A DNA stretch of 55,101 nt from a virus (taxonomy: Duplodnaviria; Caudoviricetes): IMG/VR virus record IMGVR_UViG_3300024265_000006, positions 1 through 55,101 of that record. One strand, 5' to 3'. Under the pieces are notes generated by a model. That model did no database searches and had not been told where the DNA came from. It saw nothing but the letters and a program-made list of their open reading frames with translations. Below are positions 44,583 through 54,904 of the stretch, in pieces (the stretch's first letter is position 1; every line of letters begins with the position of its first letter). The translations under genes and the position numbers were made by a program.

Positions 44583-45052
44583 TATTTAAAAGCCTTATCG
44601 ATACCGTTTCCAAAATGTTGTGTCATGTTGCCCTGCTCTGCATTTAAAGCGTTAAGTAAGCTCGGCCTCGCTTTCATCTTGGTTGTGCCAAACTCAACAA
44701 ACTTGGCGTATTCTGGCGCCTCCTTGCCACTGCTAACACCATAACCGAATTCAATTTCGCTTGAGCCCTTTAATTGAAAACTCAATGACCGGCGCAATGT
44801 TCCGCTGCGATTAGCGTGTGTTTCACCTGGTGCGGATGATTGGTGACGCCTGCGCCGACCTGCTTTGTCTCGCCTAATATAAACAATACCAGTTTTTGCA
44901 CCTTTCAATATGTCACGACTAGCAACAGCAATAAGGCTATGCCCAACTTTAAACATGCCTTGGCGTAGGCCGCGCCTTGTTAGCTTTGGAATGTCTTTAA
45001 TAACACCAAATACCCGGTCATTTTGCCTGTCTTGTTTAAATTTAACCGTCAT
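44582..45052 (-). CDS. HK97 gp10-like neck/tail completion protein
   Basis: HQSSAPGE...SGTLRRS...YAKFVEFGTTKMKARP. Confidence 0.85.
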   Translation of the reverse strand: MTVKFKQDRQNDRVFGVIKDIPKLTRRGLRQGMFKVGHSLIAVASRDILKGAKTGIVYIRRDKAGRRRRHQSSAPGETHANRSGTLRRSLSFQLKGSSEIEFGYGVSSGKEAPEYAKFVEFGTTKMKARPSLLNALNAEQGNMTQHFGNGIDKAFK

Positions 45053-45060
45053 AACTCACC

Positions 45061-45450
45061 TTAAGCTTTGCTGGCTTCCTTGTTACCACGATCAGTGCAG
45101 TGGAGTAATTGATACTGCGATCGCTCATCCAGATTTTCAACTCGTAATATATCTAGGCGTCGCCCATCGGTAAATTTAACCCATGTCTCGGCGGTTACCG
45201 CCGCGTCAAAGTTAATATAAATCCAGTGGGTAATGTCAATCTCGGTCGATACGCCATCAAAGAACGTCTTGCCACTTACCGTTTGTATCATAGCGGGCAC
45301 AGGCGGGTTCGGTGCTGTAAACTCTTCATCGAAATCAACCGTGTCAAAATCTGGCGCCTGAATGGCGCGGTTCTCAAGTGTGATTACGTTATCAAGATCG
45401 CCCAGGCAGACTTTGCGGTTTTTTCTTCGTATAAATTGACATCTAGGCAT
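45061..45450 (-). CDS. Head-tail adaptor/head closure protein (SPP1 gp16-like)
   Basis: GDL...I..R...THWIYI...RRLDILRVENLDER. Confidence 0.75.
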   Translation of the reverse strand: MPRCQFIRRKNRKVCLGDLDNVITLENRAIQAPDFDTVDFDEEFTAPNPPVPAMIQTVSGKTFFDGVSTEIDITHWIYINFDAAVTAETWVKFTDGRRLDILRVENLDERSQYQLLHCTDRGNKEASKA

Positions 45451-45456
45451 AATTAA

Positions 45457-46269
45457 TTATTCTTGTAATTCGTGGCCCTGAGCCGTTAAGTGAAATCGAT
45501 CGTTTCCGACGGTTAGGTCATCTTGTATCAGAAGCTGCAACTCTTCCCCTAGCGATCCATCCAGCCTAATGACAACACCATGCTTTGATTGTCCACCCCA
45601 GGTTAATCGGGAAACAAAACCTGTTTTAGTGTTGCCGCCTTTAGGCTCCAAGAACCCATGGTCAAAGCCTTGTTCTATGAAGTCTGAGTTGGATTTGAAG
45701 TTGAATTCGTTTTTAAATGTCCCGTCTGAGTTTTTTACCCGCAGAACACATCCGTTAAGTAACTCCGCGGCACTTCCAAAAGTTGTAAAATCCATCGCGC
45801 CATTGTTGACTCCTCTTATCTCCAATATGACGCGCACCATGTCACCGACTTGATTCGGAAGTGGTAATACTGAAAATACTTGCGGAGTAACAGAGCCGTC
45901 AACTAAAAGATTTTTTGATGACGCTTGAACAATACTGCCCACAATGGTGTACACCCTGTTTACTGGCTGGTCAAGTGTAATCGTGGTGGCGGTAGTTCCC
46001 GTTGCCTCGGCCTGCATAAACTTCATAGAAGTGGTATCGGCCAATTCAATCACCTCCCCTGTCGTAACCCCGTGCCCTGCTAAAACGTTAATTACACGAC
46101 TATCAATCACTGTGTCGGCCGTCAATGTAAGCAGGGCTCTACCCAACAAGAATGGAACGGTCAAAACTGGTGATGTTTGATCCTGAATGAATGCCTTTAA
46201 TGCTGTATTGCCACGATCTGAAGTTTCAAAAGAATCTGACATCCGGGTATCATAATTTATTCCTAGCAT
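45457..46269 (-). CDS. Hypothetical virion-module protein
   Basis: 270-aa beta-rich ORF inside the head-neck cluster. Confidence 0.65.
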   Translation of the reverse strand: MLGINYDTRMSDSFETSDRGNTALKAFIQDQTSPVLTVPFLLGRALLTLTADTVIDSRVINVLAGHGVTTGEVIELADTTSMKFMQAEATGTTATTITLDQPVNRVYTIVGSIVQASSKNLLVDGSVTPQVFSVLPLPNQVGDMVRVILEIRGVNNGAMDFTTFGSAAELLNGCVLRVKNSDGTFKNEFNFKSNSDFIEQGFDHGFLEPKGGNTKTGFVSRLTWGGQSKHGVVIRLDGSLGEELQLLIQDDLTVGNDRFHLTAQGHELQE

Positions 46270-46273
46270 GCTG

Positions 46274-46528
46274 CTACCCTTCTGTTATTACTAACACTGC
46301 CGACAATCGAAGTGATCTGGCGAATATTTTTTGAGACCCTTCTATTCCATAAGTAATGTTTTTTTGGGGATGGATTACGTGACCTGATTTAACGGAGGCG
46401 TCAGGCTTTGTGGCAGCCTCGCGAACTCGGACATCATCTTCAGAGTCATTAGTTATTAACCCAGAAACTCCCTGCTGAACTTCAGTCCAGTCAATGTTGT
46501 CAACTGGAACATCTATCGTATCTGGCAT
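46274..46528 (-). CDS. Hypothetical virion-module protein
   Basis: 84-aa beta-rich ORF. Confidence 0.6.
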   Translation of the reverse strand: MPDTIDVPVDNIDWTEVQQGVSGLITNDSEDDVRVREAATKPDASVKSGHVIHPQKNITYGIEGSQKIFARSLRLSAVLVITEG

Positions 46529-46555
46529 TGCCTACCCCTAAATAAACGTCCTATT

Positions 46556-46846
46556 TTATTGAAGAATTTCCACAAACACATCATTGGCGCCAGTAGATCC
46601 GGTAAAGTCAGCACGTATACGAGTACCAATAGGTAAATAATCGAGCTTCAAGCTTCCGTTTGCCGTAAATGCTCCGCCTGGAAATAAAGCGAATCTACTT
46701 TGCGGATCCGCATCAGTGGCTAACTCAATATTAACTGTTCCAGTACCATAATTATCACCGCGAATAACAACTAATGCGGGGCCACCTCTAGATTTAAATT
46801 CATCTGATGTGGCGTCAACATCCACTTCGTTTAATAAAATGGTCAT
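46556..46846 (-). CDS. Hypothetical virion-module protein
   Basis: 96-aa beta-rich ORF. Confidence 0.6.
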   Translation of the reverse strand: MTILLNEVDVDATSDEFKSRGGPALVVIRGDNYGTGTVNIELATDADPQSRFALFPGGAFTANGSLKLDYLPIGTRIRADFTGSTGANDVFVEILQ

Positions 46847-47499
46847 AGGTTTTCAATCCTGTTCTGTAGATAAATAACTTTAGCGGCGGCTGGTACGGTT
46901 TCCGAAACATTTAACTCGTCGCAGTCGCCTTTGTTTTGCAACATTTGCGTGGCGTGGAGCATGATGGCCTCTTGAATACAATCTGGGACAAAAGTGTCAT
47001 CAACGCCAAAACCTGCAACAAATTCAATCTCAATCGCCTGCAACCGGTTATCGGCATCTGTCGGCCAGACTTGGTTGTCTCGCGTTAGTATTTTCGAGTA
47101 GTCATTTTCAAAAGTATTGTAAAAAACCGATGATGCCACTGTTGTTAGCACATCACCTTTCAAATACTTAACGCTGTTAACTGCCTGCAATTTAGATCGC
47201 CGCAGCTCAAAGCCGACATTACCTGAATTTGTTAAAGAACTCAGATTGAAAACTTCAGTGCCGGGGAAGTTATCCCGAAACGTTTTATAAGTTCGGTTAA
47301 TAAAATCACGTCTAGTCAATTGCTCGCCGTACTTGGTGGCCGCTTCCAAATAAAGTGTTAGCAGTAAGTCTGATACCGACGCATTCGTTTTGGCGTGAGC
47401 TTTAAACGTCGCCAAGGGGACTGCAGGGCCAGCCGGCGCCGCAATCACTTCATAAGTAAACGCTCTGCCGTGAAAAATCGGCCGGCTTCTGGCAAACAT
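46843..47499 (-). CDS. Head-tail connector protein (HK97 gp6/phiE125 gp8-like)
   Basis: AVPLATFKAH...LEAAT...EQLTRR...IEFVAGFG....VP..IQEAI. Confidence 0.85.
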   Translation of the reverse strand: MFARSRPIFHGRAFTYEVIAAPAGPAVPLATFKAHAKTNASVSDLLLTLYLEAATKYGEQLTRRDFINRTYKTFRDNFPGTEVFNLSSLTNSGNVGFELRRSKLQAVNSVKYLKGDVLTTVASSVFYNTFENDYSKILTRDNQVWPTDADNRLQAIEIEFVAGFGVDDTFVPDCIQEAIMLHATQMLQNKGDCDELNVSETVPAAAKVIYLQNRIENL

Positions 47500-47945
47500 T
47501 ATGACGGCAAAATTTCAAAGGTTACGACACCGTTTGATGTCGTAGTGCTTAAACCGTCTTTCACCACTTCAATTGCTTCAGCTGCTGTAATAACATTTAG
47601 AGCGCTCGGCGTTGATTGATCAACATCACCAATGGCAGAGCCAGACTGTGTGATTGTAATGCCCGCGCCTGTTACGGCAGTGCCACCAATCTCAAATGTA
47701 AGGCCAGCATCAGCAGCGGTAATAGCGGCATCAATGACGTTGCTAATTTTAACGATAGTGCCAGCAACGCCAGGCACAACGAATACGCTACCAGCGGTTG
47801 ATACGTCGCCAATTGCAACGGCAACAAGTTTGGTCTTCAAGTTAGCACCAGTAGGTGTCTTTACTGTACCGCCAAGTACCAATGGGTTATCAGTACTTCC
47901 ACCGGTTGGCTGTTCGAAACGGTTGTCTACATTTTCACCAGACAT
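47499..47945 (-). CDS. Probable capsid decoration/accessory virion protein
   Basis: 148 aa, Gly/Ala/Thr/Val-rich, downstream of the capsid gene. Confidence 0.55.
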   Translation of the reverse strand: MSGENVDNRFEQPTGGSTDNPLVLGGTVKTPTGANLKTKLVAVAIGDVSTAGSVFVVPGVAGTIVKISNVIDAAITAADAGLTFEIGGTAVTGAGITITQSGSAIGDVDQSTPSALNVITAAEAIEVVKDGLSTTTSNGVVTFEILPS

Positions 47946-47948
47946 GAT

Positions 47949-48194
47949 TTATTTCCCCTTTGGAGCTTTTCGGCTCTTTCTTGGATTTTCTTTGGTTTCA
48001 GGTTCAATTGTAATTTTTGGTTCAATTTCTTTTTGTGACTTCATGTCGTCATCGACGCCGTCACCATTATTGATAATTGAATCCGCCAAATAATCATCTA
48101 AGTGATATGTTTCATCTTTATTAAATTTCAAAACGGGCAAAGATGGTTTGGATTGGGCGTACTTACAATCTTGTGTAATTTTTACGTTTTTCAT
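47949..48194 (-). CDS. Small post-capsid protein
   Basis: 81 aa with a PETKE/basic tail typical of this position. Confidence 0.6.
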   Translation of the reverse strand: MKNVKITQDCKYAQSKPSLPVLKFNKDETYHLDDYLADSIINNGDGVDDDMKSQKEIEPKITIEPETKENPRKSRKAPKGK

Positions 48195-48213
48195 TGTCTA
48201 ATCCTTAATAAAG

Positions 48214-48231
48214 AAAGCCGCCGAAGCGGCT
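48214..48231 (-). terminator. Terminator after the capsid and decoration genes
   Basis: Minus strand AGCCGC-ttcg-GCGGCT-TTCTTT (UUCG loop). Confidence 0.8.
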
Positions 48232-48238
48232 CTCTCAA

Positions 48239-48658
48239 TTAAACAACTGGCATTACTTCGCCTTTCTGACTAACCACCGAAACAATATCGGCTCCGGTTG
48301 TAACGCCTGCCGCTACAACGTTAAGCCGCACAAACTGGAGGTTACTAATAACACCGATAGTGTTAAGGATTGCCCCACTTGCGCTAGCTGCTGTAGCTGT
48401 TAGCCCCGCGAGCGTACCGATCAGTTTATCGCTTCCATCCACAATTGCCACGGGCACTGTGAACGCCGAATCAACAGATTCCTCAAGCGTAAAGGTGTAG
48501 GAGCCATCGGTAAAGTTGTTCACTAAAACATTGAACATTAAACCGAGCTCGAAATCTGCGGTGTCAATAGCAAAACCATTAGTGGTTCCGTTACCTGTGA
48601 CCGCAACTGTTAAAGCGATGTTTTGTTGGATATCGCTTCTAATATCTTTAACTGCCAT
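48239..48658 (-). CDS. Probable capsid decoration (cement) protein
   Basis: 139-aa beta-rich ORF co-transcribed with the capsid gene before a terminator. Confidence 0.65.
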   Translation of the reverse strand: MAVKDIRSDIQQNIALTVAVTGNGTTNGFAIDTADFELGLMFNVLVNNFTDGSYTFTLEESVDSAFTVPVAIVDGSDKLIGTLAGLTATAASASGAILNTIGVISNLQFVRLNVVAAGVTTGADIVSVVSQKGEVMPVV

Positions 48659-48692
48659 GATTTATTCCTCTCTTAATCAGTTAAATTTAAGT

Positions 48693-49997
48693 TTATACGG
48701 CCAACTTCTGAATTTTGAGCGACTCGAAATTCGTTACGTCCCCGCCCGTGCGTTTGGTTGTGTAGAACTTAATGAAAGGCTTCTGGGTGAATTCGTCACG
48801 AATTACTCGGAACCCGATGCGGTCAAGGATTGTGTAGCCCACTGAGAAATCACCGTAGACCATTGACAGGGCATCTGATGCAACAATTGGCATGTCGTCC
48901 ATAAAGATTACTCGCTTACCAAGCAGTGTTAAGTCGTCACCAACTTTCATGCTTCTAGGATCTAGCAAGTAGGCGCCATTACCATCCTTCAGGGTAATAA
49001 TGTTTTCCCAAGCTGCGCGTTTAATACCAAACACCGCATTGGCCTGGTATGCTTCTATCAAACTATTCTGCAACTTCTTAACGCCGTCAGCCGTGAAGTC
49101 TCCAGCAGCACCTGAATTGACTTGCTCAATTTTGTTTCGCTCATAAGTACCAGCTACGGCCCAGGCTGGTAAGCTTAAGAAGCCACGAGGTTTTTGTGAG
49201 CCATCACCTGTCACAAATGCAGTGTTCTCATCCCGAGACATTTTATTTGTAACTTTACGGGACAACCAAGACTCAATATCAAAGCCGGCATCATCTAACA
49301 TCTTTTGTGTCGCGAGTGGTTGAGAGAATAGTTCATGCGCAGGGATAGTCAACAGACCGATATCTGGCGTACCTGTATTCCCTCGGCTTGAGGTTTCCCC
49401 AACCCACCCGCCAAATGATGCTTCATCATCATCAATAACAAACTCCATTGAATCGGAGGCTGTTGTTTCGATGTTGGCGATGTTACGGATTGGCGATGTT
49501 TCAAAGATCCGTTTAATCATCGTTGCCGAACGCTCTGGGCGGATAAAATAACCACCTTGAGGGTTAACACCGGCAATAAGGGTTTTAATCTCATTCTCTC
49601 GACGATGCTCAGGAACGCCATGGAATGATTTAGAACACATTGCAGTTACTACTGCTGCTGCCACGTCGTCATCCATTTTTTGTCCAGACCGTAAATAACG
49701 AGCCGTTTGTTCAGCAGCTTTCGATTCCATTTCTGAAGGTCCGTCACCTTGCGAGCCGCCAAGGCGTGAGACTGCCTTTTCGATGTATTCGGCGGTCTTT
49801 TCAACGGCGCCTAACTGCATCTGAAGCTTTTGGATTTCATCAGCTTGCTCTGCAGCTTTTTTTGAGGCTTTTTCTTCAACTTGAGCTATTAAAGTGTCAT
49901 GCTTTTTGCTCTCTTTTGTGGATGCGTCTTGCGCTTCAGCCACGGATTTTTGATATTCTGCGATTTTGTCGCCGAGTTCTTTTAGTTCAGTACTCAT
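48693..49997 (-). CDS. Major capsid protein, HK97 family
   Basis: Coiled-coil delta domain, GGYFIRPE, WVGET, AFVTGDGSQKPRGFL, YGDF and RTGG. Confidence 0.96.
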   Translation of the reverse strand: MSTELKELGDKIAEYQKSVAEAQDASTKESKKHDTLIAQVEEKASKKAAEQADEIQKLQMQLGAVEKTAEYIEKAVSRLGGSQGDGPSEMESKAAEQTARYLRSGQKMDDDVAAAVVTAMCSKSFHGVPEHRRENEIKTLIAGVNPQGGYFIRPERSATMIKRIFETSPIRNIANIETTASDSMEFVIDDDEASFGGWVGETSSRGNTGTPDIGLLTIPAHELFSQPLATQKMLDDAGFDIESWLSRKVTNKMSRDENTAFVTGDGSQKPRGFLSLPAWAVAGTYERNKIEQVNSGAAGDFTADGVKKLQNSLIEAYQANAVFGIKRAAWENIITLKDGNGAYLLDPRSMKVGDDLTLLGKRVIFMDDMPIVASDALSMVYGDFSVGYTILDRIGFRVIRDEFTQKPFIKFYTTKRTGGDVTNFESLKIQKLAV

Positions 49998-50731
49998 AAG
50001 AAGTTTACCCTTTGTGAAATTTTGCTGATTTCATTAGCTGCTATTGTATTGTCAAAATTAGAACTTATAGTTGCTAACGCCTTTTTCAGCTCAACATCAT
50101 CATCGACAGGCTCCCCCTGTAAAGATTCATTGAACTTATTTGATGCGGCAATCTCAGCCGCACATTTTGAGAGTCCTGCATCCCGCAGGAGTTTCTCGAA
50201 TTCACGTCGAGATGTAACATTTTTCACATCTTCGACATTAATTGTTTTAATAGCTGTGATAACAGCTTTTGGATTAGCAGGAAATGTCACTAGACTAACC
50301 TCTTTAAGGTCGACTTTTATAATCTTACGAATTCTAGGATCTTCCAAATCAAGCTCTTTTTCTAAGACAATAAAGCCAATAGACATTGTCTTAATTGATC
50401 CGATTCTTAATTGAGGTATTACACGACCTGAAACAAAAACATCTTCTTTCGGAAGCCTGACCTTTATAAATAATCCTTCAATGGTTTCTCTAATCTCAAT
50501 CGGCATCCCGATTGGTTCGTTAGAGTTATGCTGCCACAGGATTACAGGGAGTTGCTTTTCAATAGAATCTTTAAAAGCGCCTGGCATGACGATATCATCG
50601 ACCAAATCTAAATTGCCGAAGGTAGAGGCTAGGCCCTCAAATATAAAGAACTTATCATCTTGATCATCATCTTGAAGAGCCTTTATTTCGAAAGCGACAT
50701 CGATTCTGTCTAAATTCGATTTAGTTTTCAC
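49994..50731 (-). CDS. HK97-family prohead protease
   Basis: FEGLASTFGNLD..DD...GAF, LWQH, MSIGF and EVSLVTFPAN. Confidence 0.95.
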   Translation of the reverse strand: MKTKSNLDRIDVAFEIKALQDDDQDDKFFIFEGLASTFGNLDLVDDIVMPGAFKDSIEKQLPVILWQHNSNEPIGMPIEIRETIEGLFIKVRLPKEDVFVSGRVIPQLRIGSIKTMSIGFIVLEKELDLEDPRIRKIIKVDLKEVSLVTFPANPKAVITAIKTINVEDVKNVTSRREFEKLLRDAGLSKCAAEIAASNKFNESLQGEPVDDDVELKKALATISSNFDNTIAANEISKISQRVNFL

Positions 50732-50762
50732 ACTTACCTTCCTAATTTCATTTGTTATAAGG

Positions 50763-50790
50763 ATTCTACCATTGTGGCGGATTTACGCAA
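50763..50790 (-). promoter_or_regulatory. Promoter TTGCGT-16-TAGAAT (extended -10) for the protease-capsid operon
   Basis: Intergenic; read directly on the minus strand. Confidence 0.55.
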
Positions 50791-50793
50791 GTA

Positions 50794-51756
50794 TTAGGAC
50801 GTAAACCCAAATTCAGGTACTGCCACTTCGGTTTCAATTGATATCCGAGTCTCTGCATCAAAAATTGACCTTCTTGCGTTCAATACATCGTTTTTATCCC
50901 TAACACTGGCGCATCGACAATTTAGGACATTCGACAAAGAGGCTCCCTGACTGGTGTCCCCTGGTATTCTCAATAATTGACCGCCAACGTTAAAAGATTC
51001 GTTTATATTAACTTTCTGGCCATCAGCCTCAACGTGGCTGAAAGGAGAAACCCTGACTACTTCATCGCCAGCTGTAACCCATTCCTTTTCAACAGGCGGC
51101 GGAGTTAATCCCACAGGGAGCTCAGGCACAATAACTTGAGGTTGAGGTATTGCTAGCGCAGGCCTAGGGAGGGAGGCCTTGTTCCTAGTTAATATTGATG
51201 TCTCGGTCGATTTGGATGATTCAGATGCAACTTGAACTTCAGTTGTTGCAATCGTCCTAGTGCGACCTTTTAGTTTGCGTCGCAATAAAGCGCCGGCCGT
51301 TGCGGCCACCGCTATGGTGCTCACAATCTCCCCGGGCTCAGCTAATTCTTGCAACTGCCTGTTGGCCGATACGATTGATTGGGAGATATCACGTTGGTTT
51401 GTGCGCGTGATTATTTGAGACTGATCAATCACTCTAGCCGCAAAAAAAACAATTAGCGCATCTGTTATCAATGAGTTTTCTTTTTCGGTTGATTCTAAAT
51501 CTTCTGGCAATATGTCTCTAATTTGACTGCTGAACTCTTTTGCTGCGCGATTGTATTGATTATCTAACAACTCGGATAGTTCAGACTCGAACTCCCTCGC
51601 ATTGAGCACGACGCCATCACGCCCAAAGTCCAACACTGTTTTTTTGATTATTTGATTATTTAAACGAGTCAGCTTGCGAATGAAATCTTTTTCAAGTTTG
51701 ATCTTTGAGCGCAGATCCTCTCGAGCTTGATTTCTTGCTGCCTCGCTAGCTGCCAT
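50794..51756 (-). CDS. Minor head/head morphogenesis protein (SPP1 gp7/Mu gpF-like)
   Basis: RTIATTE...KEWVTAGDEVVR...H...DGQ...PGD...NCRC. Confidence 0.88.
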   Translation of the reverse strand: MAASEAARNQAREDLRSKIKLEKDFIRKLTRLNNQIIKKTVLDFGRDGVVLNAREFESELSELLDNQYNRAAKEFSSQIRDILPEDLESTEKENSLITDALIVFFAARVIDQSQIITRTNQRDISQSIVSANRQLQELAEPGEIVSTIAVAATAGALLRRKLKGRTRTIATTEVQVASESSKSTETSILTRNKASLPRPALAIPQPQVIVPELPVGLTPPPVEKEWVTAGDEVVRVSPFSHVEADGQKVNINESFNVGGQLLRIPGDTSQGASLSNVLNCRCASVRDKNDVLNARRSIFDAETRISIETEVAVPEFGFTS

Positions 51757-53099
51757 TATTCTTCATCACCTAATAAAGAATCAGTAGGCTCATCCTCTTC
51801 TCCGAGGTCAACACCCGCAGGCACTAAGGTGGCACTGATGAATACAACGTCGCCGCCCTCATCAAGAGGTTGATCGCCAATAACTGTTCTAATCTCGTTG
51901 ATAGTATTAACGTTCAGTTCACGCTGGCGCTTTGCGTTTTCAAGTACGCGCGGCCGTAGGACTGGTATATCACTTTCGGAGAATTTGAATACTAAGTTTT
52001 CAGTGTCTTTGTACCGGGGCAGTAGAAACCTGGTCAATTCATCATATAGGTATGTGGTTAGAGGCATAACCGCATTGTCGTAGAGTAACAATCCGCTGGT
52101 TTCCAAGTTATTTAATGTCATTGACTTATCTAATAACATTGCTAACGGAATGCCATAAACTACCGATATCCTACTTAGCATTGCCTCTTGTAGCTCTTTA
52201 AATTGCATGTCGGTATTTTTGGATTGAATATCTTTTATATCCATGCCGTCAAGGATAGGTGTGCCGCCGGCGTTCGTATCTCCTCGATATTTATCCGCCT
52301 GCTCTTGGAGCCTGTCCCATTGAACCTCGGTTAACTCTTCACCTCGATTGTTTACCCAGGCAACCGACATTCTTGATCCGCGCTTTAAAATACTCCAGTT
52401 GTTGTTGTTGCCAGATAGATACTGCTGAATCTCAAGAAAGATTGGTTTAGCCTTGCTCATCCCCCAAAAATTACCAGAGTTACGTTTAGGGTTGAATAAA
52501 CGCATGTGCCACAATTCACGGTCACGGGCTGTATTGTAATATCGAATCGACGTTTGATTGCCTTCCCTGGCCTCCTCAGCAAAAAACATATCTGAGATAC
52601 CGCTCGATGTAGCTGTCATCTGGATCCAGTCGGGCACGTTTAAAATACTAAATTTTGTGCTAGTGCCAAAGGTAATGTTTTGAGGGGGGATATTAATTAA
52701 TTCCAACGGCGGACGATCAACTCTACCCGTTGCCAGTATGAAATTATTTCCGGTAATATCAAAAAAGCTCACGTAAGAGTATGAGAATTCAAGCCCGGAA
52801 ATATCTGCGTTTGGATTTTTTAATAGATCTAAAACTGGGTGGCTATCAATAAACTCATCGGTAGAAGTATTAAAAAGTCGAATAGGGATCTGTGAGTAAT
52901 GCCTAGCTCGCATGTCAACAGCGTTATAGAAAGGCATTGAGTCCGAGTACATTTGAATAGCTGCAAATGCTGATAAGTCGCCGTTATTGCCATTCATTAG
53001 GAAATCAGCAAACGCTAATTGAGAGGTAATAATATTATTACTCTTCTTTTCTAGCGTAACGTCGTGTTGTTTTGATAAGTAACCATCTGGATATATCAT
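51756..53099 (-). CDS. Portal protein, HK97 family
   Basis: HPVLDLLKNPN, GNNF, G..NAG, DMQF, ISVVYGIP and TINEIR. Confidence 0.95.
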   Translation of the reverse strand: MIYPDGYLSKQHDVTLEKKSNNIITSQLAFADFLMNGNNGDLSAFAAIQMYSDSMPFYNAVDMRARHYSQIPIRLFNTSTDEFIDSHPVLDLLKNPNADISGLEFSYSYVSFFDITGNNFILATGRVDRPPLELINIPPQNITFGTSTKFSILNVPDWIQMTATSSGISDMFFAEEAREGNQTSIRYYNTARDRELWHMRLFNPKRNSGNFWGMSKAKPIFLEIQQYLSGNNNNWSILKRGSRMSVAWVNNRGEELTEVQWDRLQEQADKYRGDTNAGGTPILDGMDIKDIQSKNTDMQFKELQEAMLSRISVVYGIPLAMLLDKSMTLNNLETSGLLLYDNAVMPLTTYLYDELTRFLLPRYKDTENLVFKFSESDIPVLRPRVLENAKRQRELNVNTINEIRTVIGDQPLDEGGDVVFISATLVPAGVDLGEEDEPTDSLLGDEE

Positions 53100-53425
53100 T
53101 AATTATTTACCGTTAAGACCGCAGTGATGACTTGGATTATAATAATAACATAGATTAATTTATTCAGCACTTTGCAAATTATTACATTGATTTTTTCTGG
53201 CTTTTGCATTACTTCTGCTAGTTGGGATAGGTAAGCCACAACAATTACAACGAGCAACCCACTGGCCGCGACAAGATAAACGGGCGATACATTGTAGTTA
53301 TCAATCGACATCCCATAAAAAACTCCAACAATCCCAAATATTGCGGCAACGATACATGAAGTTATTTCTAATATTCCTGAAAGCAAGGCGTTCCCCTTTA
53401 TCATGATTTTTATATTGATGAGCAT
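53099..53425 (-). CDS. Three-TM membrane protein between terL and portal
   Basis: 108 aa, hydrophobic, TAATG-coupled to the portal. Confidence 0.6.
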   Translation of the reverse strand: MLINIKIMIKGNALLSGILEITSCIVAAIFGIVGVFYGMSIDNYNVSPVYLVAASGLLVVIVVAYLSQLAEVMQKPEKINVIICKVLNKLIYVIIIIQVITAVLTVNN

Positions 53426-53434
53426 AACACGAAA

Positions 53435-54904
53435 TTATATGATCATAACCCTTACCTTTCTAGCTTTCTGCAGTTGCGCTAGCTCAGATAGCGCCCACAC
53501 TACCGCATCCACACGGTTTGGAGACTTACCTTTTGCTTTACCGGTAAGCGGATCAAGATCCTGCATTTCATCCTCCATTAAGGATAGGCCTTCGTTATGC
53601 GCAACATAACCGAGCTCATACAATGCAGCAACTGGCTCAGACCTTGCAACCTTGCCTTTACTCGCGTGGACCCTGGTTATCTTACCTTTAAATCCGGCGT
53701 TTCTTAATGTTGACTCACACATGTCGCCGCCTTGATTTGTCTCTATCACTATTTCATTTGCATCGTATTTTTCATACGCAGCAATTGCAGCCTGAGCCCA
53801 TTCGAGAGTGCTACCATTGCGTGTAAAATCAGCATCAACAGAATACTGGTTTTCTTGGTGCTTATGAGCCACCACAACGCCATGTTCATCACTCGTAGCA
53901 TTGTTACTTACGGCCGGATCAACTGATACGACTGTTCTGGTTATCTCGCCGAATTTCTTCGCTCGCGCTCTCCGGATCATGTCATCAGTCCAAACTTGAT
54001 TATCTTCATTGCGCTCAAGTGGGTCTTGCATGTATTGGGCTCGGTGCTTGCGCCTGTGTGATTCAAGTGCCGCTCTGTGTTCTTCCCTGTGCTTAAATTC
54101 CCATAGCCAACCATCATCAAGGCCGTGTTTATATTCTATTCCATGAGTGTATTGCGATGGATATGCTTTTGAATTATCTATTTCAACGGGCAAATTTAGA
54201 TGATGCCACATCTCACCACTACCCCCACGCAACAAATATCCTGATAAGTCATTCCAGTGAATTCGTTGCATAATAACTAAAATTGGCACTTCTTCAATCA
54301 TCACGCGAGAAGATATTGTTTCGTTGTAGTTATTATTTACAGACTCTCGCTTAAGGTCAGAATATGCATCTTCAGGCTTTACTGGATCGTCAATAATCAG
54401 TGCGCCTGTGAAGTTATCAGCTGTATGCTCAGCAGTGCCAGCACGGAACCCTGTAACCTGACCCATTGTTGAGGTTGCTCTTACTCCGCCGCCGAATTCG
54501 TTCCACCAGGTTCCTTTGCTGTCGGCATCGTCTTGCGGTCGCATTGGCCACATCTCTTGGTATTCAATTGATTTGACCGTTATACGTGTCTTTGCCGAGT
54601 TATCTAGGGCGAGACCATCAGAGTAGGATAGATGAAGGAATTTTGCTCGTTTATTCCTGGCGAGACCGTTAGCCATAAAACTAATTGAAGCAATTTCTGT
54701 TTTTGTATAACCAGGAGGTATATTAATAATGCCTCTCTTGATTTTACCGTTAAACACGTCCTCCATAAATCTAAACATAACTTCGTGATGGGGTGCCACT
54801 ATCATTTTATTGCCAAGGCGTTGTTTAAAGAAATATCGAGTGGCATACTCGAGGCTTAATTCACACTCAATTTTTCTTACTTGCGTGATAGCTTCAGCAA
54901 TCAT
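53435..54904 (-). CDS. terL: Terminase large subunit
   Basis: INIPPGYTKTE Walker A variant, LIIDDPVK Walker B, MQRIH, nuclease VSVDPA and SPNRVDA. Confidence 0.96.
   Translation of the reverse strand: MIAEAITQVRKIECELSLEYATRYFFKQRLGNKMIVAPHHEVMFRFMEDVFNGKIKRGIINIPPGYTKTEIASISFMANGLARNKRAKFLHLSYSDGLALDNSAKTRITVKSIEYQEMWPMRPQDDADSKGTWWNEFGGGVRATSTMGQVTGFRAGTAEHTADNFTGALIIDDPVKPEDAYSDLKRESVNNNYNETISSRVMIEEVPILVIMQRIHWNDLSGYLLRGGSGEMWHHLNLPVEIDNSKAYPSQYTHGIEYKHGLDDGWLWEFKHREEHRAALESHRRKHRAQYMQDPLERNEDNQVWTDDMIRRARAKKFGEITRTVVSVDPAVSNNATSDEHGVVVAHKHQENQYSVDADFTRNGSTLEWAQAAIAAYEKYDANEIVIETNQGGDMCESTLRNAGFKGKITRVHASKGKVARSEPVAALYELGYVAHNEGLSLMEDEMQDLDPLTGKAKGKSPNRVDAVVWALSELAQLQKARKVRVMII

Noticed and set aside
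31916-53926. Plus-strand ORFs in the structural arm (e.g. 39448-40029, 42597-43223, 47632-48093)
   Set aside because: Antisense shadows of well-supported minus-strand genes, with no recognisable motifs.
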